A stretch of 10,833 bases of DNA from assembly GCA_041562555.1 (NCBI GenBank), contig JBFEXS010000074.1, positions 1 through 10,833 on the forward strand. The letters are read 5' to 3'. The notes beneath the pieces are model-generated. The model saw only the letters and a program-made list of their open reading frames with translations. It did no database searches and was not told the DNA's origin. Source of the DNA: Sulfurimonadaceae bacterium. GTDB taxonomy: Bacteria; Campylobacterota; Campylobacteria; Campylobacterales; Sulfurimonadaceae. Numbering within the stretch: position 1 is the stretch's first letter; the number at the start of each line of letters is the position of its first letter. Positions 1 to 6,069 of this stretch are shown one piece after another. The translations under genes and the position numbers were made by a program.

Positions 1-1
1 A

Positions 2-100
2 GATGGTGAATTTGAACTTATCTCGCTCGGTGCAGATGGGAAAGAAGGCGGTAAGGATGAAGGTGCCGATATCTCTTTGAGTGCTTGCCGCGATAAATAG
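2..100 (+). CDS. gspG: 3' end of type II secretion system major pseudopilin GspG (5'-truncated by window edge)
   Basis: Frame 2 reads DGEFELISLGADGKEGGKDEGADISLSACRDK* (TAG at 98-100). The SLGADGxEGG...ADI motif is the characteristic C-terminal Ca-binding region of GspG/PulG. Too short for the ORF track. Confidence 0.85.
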   Translation, partial: DGEFELISLGADGKEGGKDEGADISLSACRDK

Positions 101-114
101 ACGTACTTCTCTTC

Positions 115-139
115 AAGAAGATGAAACTTTCATCTTCTT
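115..139. terminator. Probable bidirectional intrinsic terminator between convergent gspG and the 138..635 gene
   Basis: Perfect inverted repeat AAGAAGATGAAA-C-TTTCATCTTCTT lying between two converging stop codons. Confidence 0.7.
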
Positions 140-635
140 ACTCCCCAACCTCTATCAATTCAAATGTCAATCGGTCTTCGTATTTACTGATATAGATCTT
201 TGCCGATCGGTCACACATCATCTTGGAACAGACGTAGGACCATTTTAGTTCATAGGATGCATAAAGTGGATTGTTCAGTGCATAGAGGACTGTCTGGCCG
301 ACAAAGGTCTGATAGACCTTAGCCGTGATATCTGCTCTCTCCTGTGGACCTTGAACACGGATAAAACGGATCTCTTTGTCTTTTTTGGCGATGAAGTCGG
401 TACTGAAGTCCGGATGTTTACTAAGGGAATATCCCTGCGCCTCAAAATGCATTTGCACCTGCTTGAAATAATCGATCCCTTGGGAGATGACGGTATTGCT
501 TTGACGTAACTCTTTTTGTATCTCAAAGGCAAAGTCATTAATGGCAGATTCGCGTTTTTTCCATTTTTGATTGAGATAATAGTAGGTGGCAAATCCCAAG
601 AAGAGAATGGAGAGTATAAAGAGTGAACTGGACAT
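138..635 (-). CDS. Membrane-anchored hypothetical protein with a degenerate Mrr-like (PD-(D/E)XK restriction endonuclease fold) domain
   Basis: 165-aa ORF with an N-terminal hydrophobic helix (LFILSILFLGFATYYYL) followed by basic residues. GIDYFKQVQMHFEAQGY...TDFIAKKDKEIRFIRVQ parallels the Mrr-type G..FE......GY...D.IA.K......QxK pattern. AAGGAA RBS at 643-648 and its own extended -10. Confidence 0.7.
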   Translation of the reverse strand: MSSSLFILSILFLGFATYYYLNQKWKKRESAINDFAFEIQKELRQSNTVISQGIDYFKQVQMHFEAQGYSLSKHPDFSTDFIAKKDKEIRFIRVQGPQERADITAKVYQTFVGQTVLYALNNPLYASYELKWSYVCSKMMCDRSAKIYISKYEDRLTFELIEVGE

Positions 636-661
636 AAACGTATTCCTTGAAATTTGAGATT

Positions 662-670
662 ATTATAGCA
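662..670 (-). promoter_or_regulatory. Extended -10 promoter (TGcTATAAT) for the 138..635 gene
   Basis: Reverse complement of 662-670 is TGCTATAAT, about 27 nt upstream of the ATG at 635, with the RBS in between. Confidence 0.75.
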
Positions 671-739
671 AAGGATCTGTTCGAATGTACATTTTGTCAT
701 AGATATCTTCCGGTTGATATTTTTACGGTATCTTACGGT

Positions 740-1012
740 ATGAATTTTAAACAGCTGAGTGAAGATATCTATTACAAATCATCCCATTATCGTTTCTCTA
801 AGAAGCCCAGCAGTTATGAGAAGGGATATATAAAGATAGCGGACTGGTTAAATGAGCTGTGCTACCATTATATTTCTCAGCAGAAGGAACTTAGCAAGGC
901 GAATGAAGATGAGTTTAAACACCTCGTTGATATACAGCGAATGAAAATAGAGAACCTGGCACCGTCGGAGTATAAGCAAGGACTGCTTAAAGCGCTTGAT
1001 GAGGCACTTTAA
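740..1012 (+). CDS. Hypothetical protein (~90 aa, soluble, predicted helical)
   Basis: Part of ORF 647..1012. The ATG at 740 (MNFKQLSEDIYYKSSHY...) is preferred because the 647 TTG start would overlap the divergent gene's RBS and promoter. It fills the gap between the neighbouring genes and has protein-like composition. Confidence 0.65.
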   Translation: MNFKQLSEDIYYKSSHYRFSKKPSSYEKGYIKIADWLNELCYHYISQQKELSKANEDEFKHLVDIQRMKIENLAPSEYKQGLLKALDEAL

Positions 1013-2358
1013 TATACGCCTGATAGACTGCCCGTCTCATAGTGAGCCTCTTTTTCAAGAATGTAAAGTTTGTATTTGTAATAGAGGGCCTTTTTTTTGA
1101 CTTTGAGTGTCAACATCTCCCTTTGATTTAATATAAAGAGATTACTGCTCCCCAGAACATATCTTGTGTTCTCAGCTTTTTCTAATTGCTCAAGAAGCGT
1201 TATCTCTTCTTGAGAACTTTGAAAGTTCTTAGAAAATATTCTAAATGCGTTGACGATATTTTTTAAATTTGTGCGGATAAGTGTAAGTGCCTTTTCCTTT
1301 GCCATTTGATTCTCAAGGATATGTTTTCTATTCTCTATATTGGCAGCATCATATTTGCGTCTTTGAAGGGGAAAGTTGATATCCAAAGAGACTTTATACC
1401 CATCATCATACTCAAAATCGTGAACGCCATACATGGATAAGTCAACCTTGGGATAGTTTAATAAGCTGGTCTGTTTCTGTTTGAGTGAGAGCTGCTGCAG
1501 TTTGATATCAAACTGTTTAAGATCATATCTGTTTTCCATAGCGTCATCCATCAGACTGTCCAGGTCTAAAGGCTCAAAATCCAAAGAGTGGATATGTGAA
1601 AGTTCGTAGGTGTTTTCAAAGCGTTCTTTACTGATATCAAGATACTGCAAAAAGTTTTCCATGGCAGCAGTATGATCGTTTATAGAGTTTAAGAGTGCTT
1701 GTTCGCGGTTAATAATCTGCTGCTTTGCCTCGACAAGTGATATCGTTGCCAGAGAGCCCACGGAAATTTTGTTCTGTATGATCTCCTTTCTCTGCTGCGC
1801 CTTGTATAAAAGTTCCTCTTGCAGTTCGATAATACTTTTTGTATACAGGACCTTTGCATACTCTAACAACACATTGAAATAGAGTGTACGAAGATTGTCT
1901 TTTGAATGATAATCCAGGATATTGTTTTCCAGACCGGCAGTATGTATATTGAGTTTTCGCTGATTCGTGTCCCTGAGGAGTGAGACAAGGGGGAGCTTTA
2001 CTCCTAAAAGGACTTCACCTTCATCTCCTGTCTTGATATTATTGTATTCCTGTTCGCCCTCTGCTTTTCTATAGGAAAGCGAGGCTTCAATTCCATTTTC
2101 AAATGGTTTTTTCATCCCCACGTCGATGAATTCGCCCTCACTGCTCGGATAGGCTTTATAATCATATTTCATGAAGGTTTCATAATCAAGATCCCCACGA
2201 TAATACATATCACGATTTTGCAGACGTTGCTGTTTGGCGATGGTCTCATAATAAAAGGGATTGGACTCGGTAAAGTACTCCAAGATCAATTTTTCAGTAA
2301 ACAGTTCTTTCGCTTCACTGAGGGTGAAGAGCAATAGGATGAGGAGTGTTTTTCTCAT
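1009..2358 (-). CDS. TolC-family outer membrane efflux/secretion channel
   Basis: 449 aa with a Sec signal peptide (MRKTLLILLLFTLSEA). Two-repeat helical/beta architecture with OEP-like motifs (AMENRYDLK, YPKVDLS, INFPL, RYVLGSSNLFILNQRE). Directly downstream of an HlyD-like gene. Confidence 0.9.
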   Translation of the reverse strand: MRKTLLILLLFTLSEAKELFTEKLILEYFTESNPFYYETIAKQQRLQNRDMYYRGDLDYETFMKYDYKAYPSSEGEFIDVGMKKPFENGIEASLSYRKAEGEQEYNNIKTGDEGEVLLGVKLPLVSLLRDTNQRKLNIHTAGLENNILDYHSKDNLRTLYFNVLLEYAKVLYTKSIIELQEELLYKAQQRKEIIQNKISVGSLATISLVEAKQQIINREQALLNSINDHTAAMENFLQYLDISKERFENTYELSHIHSLDFEPLDLDSLMDDAMENRYDLKQFDIKLQQLSLKQKQTSLLNYPKVDLSMYGVHDFEYDDGYKVSLDINFPLQRRKYDAANIENRKHILENQMAKEKALTLIRTNLKNIVNAFRIFSKNFQSSQEEITLLEQLEKAENTRYVLGSSNLFILNQREMLTLKVKKKALYYKYKLYILEKEAHYETGSLSGVY

Positions 2359-2361
2359 GCT

Positions 2362-3636
2362 TTATTTCTCAACCGTCGGAGTGACCATCTTAGGCGGGAA
2401 GGCGTTCATAAGTCGCCAGATCTGATACCAGATCGGAACTGTTTCAAGGCGGATCCAGACAGTGGCTTGCGTACCTGCTTTTAATACTTCACCTTTTGGC
2501 CAAGGCTCATTTGGATCTTCAACGATCCGTGCATAATAGAAACCTTTTTCATAGGATATCGGTTCGACTTTATCGACGATACCGGCGAAGGTCCCGTATT
2601 TGATCTGTGGCCAACCAGAGATTTGTAAAGCAGGCCATCCGTAAAACATGATACGTGTTGGCAGGCCCTCTTTTAAAAGAGGCATATTAAAGTCCGATAT
2701 CTTCAGCAGAATGCTTTTATGGGTTATCTTGGGTGAAAAATGCAGAATAGGGTCACCTTTTTTAATGAACTTGTTCTTGTCATTTTGCAGGACCCTGATG
2801 ACATAGCCATCTTTTTGTGCGTATACATTACCACTTTCATAGCGTTTGACATTTAAACTGTTACGTTGAATATCCTGGATGATAGACTTTAGTTTTGCAT
2901 TTGAGTCCAGTCTGTTGTTCCCAAGGAGCTTAATGTTGTTTTGCATCTCATTTAAGAAGGTCTTCTTCTCCTGGTCAAGGATGCGCAGGTTGTTCTCCTC
3001 GATGCTGATGTCTATATCGATTTTATCCAGTTCGGTTTTTGCTTTGATGTATCTGTTCTGCGCAACATCGTAGGTACGTTTAGATTCGATGCCATCTTCA
3101 TAGAGTTGCTTCATCCGTTTCAGATTGAGTTCTTCTATCTCATGTTTGTTGTCCAAAGCAAGCTTTTGGAATCGCAAGCTTTTGATACTGTTTTTGACCC
3201 TAATAATCTTTTTTTCATAGATATCCAGTCCCACTTCCAAGTTGTGTTCGAGGTTCTTCTCTTTTTGCTGAATGTTCTTGATCTGCTGTTCAAAGTCTTC
3301 GTATTGTGACTGTGAACTTTCATAGATAGAGCTTAGCTTTTTATCATATTCGCGATCCAGGTCGACAATGCTAAAGAGAAGGGTGCCTTTTTTTACAAAC
3401 TGGTTCTCGTGTACATATACCTTGTCTATCACCCCATCAATGGTTGCGAGCAAGGTGTAGTCCCTTTGCATCGGATCTGTGGCAATAAGTTTGCCTTCGC
3501 CTTTGATGGTCTGTTCCCAGGGTAAAAACAGAAAACTGACAGTCAGGAGAAAAAATATGGAGGTAATAAGCCAAACCTTTTGGATGATAGGATGCAGTTT
3601 TACCATATTTTTCGCAGTATAGACAGGATTAGACAT
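2362..3636 (-). CDS. HlyD-family membrane fusion (periplasmic adaptor) protein
   Basis: 424 aa with a single N-terminal TM (WLITSIFFLLTVSFLFLPW), lipoyl half-motifs (ATIDGVIDKVYVHENQFVKKGTLL and VYAQKDGYV), a long coiled coil, and a C-terminal VPIWYQIWRLMNAFPP. AAGGAG RBS at 3643-3648. Confidence 0.92.
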   Translation of the reverse strand: MSNPVYTAKNMVKLHPIIQKVWLITSIFFLLTVSFLFLPWEQTIKGEGKLIATDPMQRDYTLLATIDGVIDKVYVHENQFVKKGTLLFSIVDLDREYDKKLSSIYESSQSQYEDFEQQIKNIQQKEKNLEHNLEVGLDIYEKKIIRVKNSIKSLRFQKLALDNKHEIEELNLKRMKQLYEDGIESKRTYDVAQNRYIKAKTELDKIDIDISIEENNLRILDQEKKTFLNEMQNNIKLLGNNRLDSNAKLKSIIQDIQRNSLNVKRYESGNVYAQKDGYVIRVLQNDKNKFIKKGDPILHFSPKITHKSILLKISDFNMPLLKEGLPTRIMFYGWPALQISGWPQIKYGTFAGIVDKVEPISYEKGFYYARIVEDPNEPWPKGEVLKAGTQATVWIRLETVPIWYQIWRLMNAFPPKMVTPTVEK

Positions 3637-4588
3637 GCTGGTCTCCTTCTAAAGTACTCGATAGTTTCTCAACTTTATAAAAGCCTTCTGCCATGTCATA
3701 GATATAGTCGATCTGTTTCATAAAGCCTTTGAGGGCATAGGTGATAGTGACGACAATGATTTCAGCAGCGACAAATTCACCCAAAGGAAGGGTACTGTGA
3801 ATGACCAGATATCCACCGATGATCATAAAGGAACTGAAGATGAGACCTTCCATAAGATAGGTGAGTGTCAATTGGCTGAGGATCACCCTGAAGATCCTGG
3901 TGCGGGCCAAGACAAAGGTTTGAAGATAGGCATCAAATTGTTTTACAATACTTCCTTCATCTTCTTGCATATCGGGTATGTTTTGTAAATAATAGATCGC
4001 CTCATGTTTGGCATTGGAACGTTGAATACTGTACTCTATACCGTTACGGCCGAGTATAAACAATAAGACAATAAAAAGAACCAGGAAAAAGAGTCCGGCC
4101 TGAAATAAGACAACATCAAATGCAAGTAATAAAAGGAGACTAAGTATGAGTTTTACAATCAAGCCTGTTCCATCAAGCAGCATGACAGGAAATATCTTTT
4201 GGATGGCTTCTATGTCAAAAAAATAGTTCATCTGTTTGTCTACTTTCTCTTTATAATGGCTGTCCCTGTCTTTGGCCTGAATAGCCCTTGTCGCTATTTT
4301 GATCCCCATATTTACAAAGACTTTTTGTTGGAATTTTTCGACGATATACTGTTTGCCTACTTGCAAGACAGCTGCCAAAAGAAAGGTCGTGATAATCACA
4401 CCGCCAAGTACGGCAATAGAGATACTGGCATGGGCCAAGATACTGTTGATCATAAAGGAAGAGGCCAAGGGGATCGACAGAAGCAAGATCGCTTCGATCG
4501 TTGAATAGTAGATGAGGTAAAGAATCTGTCGTTTGTCTTCTTTGATAAGGCTTGTTATACTGGAAACTATGGACCTGTCTGTTTGCAT
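3629..4588 (-). CDS. ABC exporter transmembrane-domain-only protein (T1SS-associated family; no nucleotide-binding domain)
   Basis: 319 aa with about six hydrophobic segments and ABC-membrane-type motifs (LSIPL, NYFFDIEAIQK, GGYLVIHSTLPLGEFVAAEII, IYDMAEGFYKV). No Walker A/B or LSGGQ. The stop overlaps the hlyD-like start by 8 nt. Confidence 0.85.
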   Translation of the reverse strand: MQTDRSIVSSITSLIKEDKRQILYLIYYSTIEAILLLSIPLASSFMINSILAHASISIAVLGGVIITTFLLAAVLQVGKQYIVEKFQQKVFVNMGIKIATRAIQAKDRDSHYKEKVDKQMNYFFDIEAIQKIFPVMLLDGTGLIVKLILSLLLLLAFDVVLFQAGLFFLVLFIVLLFILGRNGIEYSIQRSNAKHEAIYYLQNIPDMQEDEGSIVKQFDAYLQTFVLARTRIFRVILSQLTLTYLMEGLIFSSFMIIGGYLVIHSTLPLGEFVAAEIIVVTITYALKGFMKQIDYIYDMAEGFYKVEKLSSTLEGDQHV

Positions 4589-4761
4589 AGTGGTATTCTT
4601 TCTTTTTTTATTGAGAATACTACCTTGATACTTTTTAAAAAAAATGGCAAAAAAAAAGCATTTTTTCCAATTAAGATATTCAAAAGTTTTTTGTAAATGG
4701 TTTATGGGACCAGGAATGAAGTCTAATATAGATGTTGTCTGAAAAGTTGTGGGGTTTTAAG

Positions 4762-4852
4762 TGGTGGACAGAGAGGGATTCGAACCCTCGGTACCGTTAC
4801 CAGTACGCATCCTTAGCAGGGATGTGGTTTCAGCCAACTCACCCATCTATCC
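4762..4852 (-). tRNA. tRNA-Ser (anticodon GCT), CCA encoded
   Basis: Reverse complement GGATAGATGGGTGAGTTGGCTGAAACCACATCCCTGCTAAGGATGCGTACTGGTAACGGTACCGAGGGTTCGAATCCCTCTCTGTCCACCA. Acceptor stem GGATAGA/TCTGTCC, anticodon arm CATCC-CTGCTAA-GGATG, long variable arm, T arm GAGGG-TTCGAAT-CCCTC. Confidence 0.97.
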
Positions 4853-4891
4853 ATCTAGTGTAAAACATCATAATAATGTTTTAGGACTGAG

Positions 4892-4924
4892 ATTATAACC
4901 AACAGAGATAAACTTTCACTTAAA
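4892..4924 (-). promoter_or_regulatory. Sigma70 promoter of tRNA-Ser
   Basis: Minus strand reads GT-TATAAT (-10 at 4892-4897) with TTTAAGT upstream at 4918-4924, resembling the Campylobacter-type upstream element. A TAAAACAT/ATGTTTTA hairpin (4861-4883) lies in the leader. Confidence 0.75.
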
Positions 4925-5038
4925 TTGAAAGGGTCTGGTCAGAATTTTGTCTGCATCTGCCAGTAAAAGCAGCTGCAGGCTTTAAAATCTGTGTCTATCG
5001 GTAAGTCAGAGTGTCTGTTTTACGAAGAAACGTCCCAC

Positions 5039-5185
5039 TCAAATAGAGTGTTTGTTTTGAGGATTGGCCAAAATCGCATCGAGTAGTTTTTGCAGTTGGT
5101 TGGCTAGTGCTGTATTGTTCTCTTTTGCAAGTGCAATTTTCTCTTTGAGTTTGACAACAACGTCGATTGTTTCCATAACTTTCAT
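5039..5185 (-). CDS. Small hypothetical protein (48 aa, amphipathic helical)
   Basis: MKVMETIDVVVKLKEKIALAKENNTALANQLQKLLDAILANPQNKHSI. A strong AAAGGAG RBS (5191-5197) lies 5 nt before the ATG at 5185. It occupies otherwise intergenic space. Confidence 0.65.
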   Translation of the reverse strand: MKVMETIDVVVKLKEKIALAKENNTALANQLQKLLDAILANPQNKHSI

Positions 5186-5240
5186 CCATACTCCTTTGTA
5201 TTTGCAGAGTATCAGCAAAATATATTCCAAAGTTTTTTAG

Positions 5241-5258
5241 AAAAGGGGAGAACCCCCT
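5241..5258 (-). terminator. Intrinsic terminator downstream of pyrF
   Basis: Minus strand AGGGG-GTTCT-CCCCT followed by TTTCT, about 55 nt past the pyrF stop. Confidence 0.6.
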
Positions 5259-5312
5259 AGACGAAGTTGTATAAAGCGCAGAGAGGTCTTGATATGGAGA
5301 TTAAAGGAGCTT

Positions 5313-5996
5313 TTAAATCTCGGCCAGGATCTTTTCGACGACGCTTGCGGGATCTTCAGCTTTGTAGATGGGGCGTCCGACGACAATAAAATCGACTTTT
5401 TGCTCTTGTGCTTTTTTGATGTCGGCAACACGTTTCTGATCACCTGCATCTTCACCAAACGGGCGGATACCCGGTGTCAGAGTAGCAAACTTCTCTGAGG
5501 TGATCTTTTTGATGGAAGCACTCTCAAAGGCGGAACATACGACCCCGTCCATACCGGCTTCGTAGGTGTCCTTTGCAAACTGGTCGGCTTTGGATGCGAT
5601 ATCTTGATTGTAGACTGCTTTGAAGTTCTCTTCATCAAAGGAGGTCAATGCTGTTACAGCCAGGACGATTGGACGCTTCTCATATTGTTCCAGACGCTGC
5701 ATCACCGTCTGCATCGCGACTTTTCCCGCACTGGCATGAACGTTAAACATGTCTACGCCCAATCCCATGATAGATTCGGCTGCATCGGCCATTGTATTCG
5801 GGATATCGTAAAGCTTGAGATCAAGAAAGATCTTGAAATTCGGATTGATCTTTTTAATGGCCTCAAGAAACTCTTTCCCGTCACGGATATAGGAGCGAAA
5901 CCCTACCTTAAGCCATACATCATAGGCTTTGATTTTTTCAACCAGGGCAAGGTTTTCTTCTTTCGTTGCCAGATCCAGTGCGACGCATAATTGCAT
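5313..5996 (-). CDS. pyrF: Orotidine-5'-phosphate decarboxylase
   Basis: MQLCVALD start with AAGGA RBS at 6003-6007. Catalytic motif [12 protein letters not shown], plus NVHAS, TPGIRP and VVGRPI. Confidence 0.98.
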   Translation of the reverse strand: MQLCVALDLATKEENLALVEKIKAYDVWLKVGFRSYIRDGKEFLEAIKKINPNFKIFLDLKLYDIPNTMADAAESIMGLGVDMFNVHASAGKVAMQTVMQRLEQYEKRPIVLAVTALTSFDEENFKAVYNQDIASKADQFAKDTYEAGMDGVVCSAFESASIKKITSEKFATLTPGIRPFGEDAGDQKRVADIKKAQEQKVDFIVVGRPIYKAEDPASVVEKILAEI

Positions 5997-6033
5997 AGAA
6001 CATCCTTTTATCTTAATGATGAAAGTATACATT

Positions 6034-6042
6034 GGTTACAAT
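6034..6042 (+). promoter_or_regulatory. Probable -10 box (ggtTACAAT) for the methyltransferase gene
   Basis: gnTACAAT about 28 nt upstream of the ATG at 6070, in the short divergent intergenic region. Confidence 0.5.
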
Positions 6043-6069
6043 ATCATACTTATAAAATATTGGAAAATT

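Noticed and set aside
275..700. 141-aa minus-strand ORF
   Set aside because: It overlaps the better-supported 138..635 gene in another frame and runs across that gene's promoter and RBS, with no recognisable motifs.
647..739. N-terminal extension with CxxC-H (ECTFCH) resembling a haem-binding or zinc motif
   Set aside because: It depends on a TTG start lying on the divergent gene's RBS/promoter, has no signal peptide, and is most likely translated intergenic DNA.
1213..1244. Adjacent palindromes AGAACTTT-G-AAAGTTCT and TTAGAA-AATA-TTCTAA inside tolC
   Set aside because: They are AT-rich and within coding sequence, so plausible by chance. They could at most act as a weak terminator for the convergent gene.
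3500..3660. Possible frameshifted NBD continuation after the ABC TMD
   Set aside because: The sequence after the stop is immediately the adaptor coding region and no Walker motifs are evident, so a simple frameshift pseudogene is not supported.
2879..4508. Several plus-strand ORFs antisense to the HlyD and ABC genes, and the 3135..3323 alternative-frame ORF
   Set aside because: These are shadow ORFs of real genes with no RBS or family motifs.
4931..5038. Intergenic stretch with recurring GTCT/GTGTCT words and an AAAGC-N8-GCTTT hairpin
   Set aside because: The spacing is irregular and the repeats are too short for CRISPR or iterons. No ncRNA family was recognised. It may be only a weak terminator of the small ORF.
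4995..5189. 64-aa alternative-frame ORF (MDESYGNNRRCC...)
   Set aside because: Its ATG is only 1 nt from the RBS. The 5185 start in the other frame has proper spacing and a more protein-like sequence.
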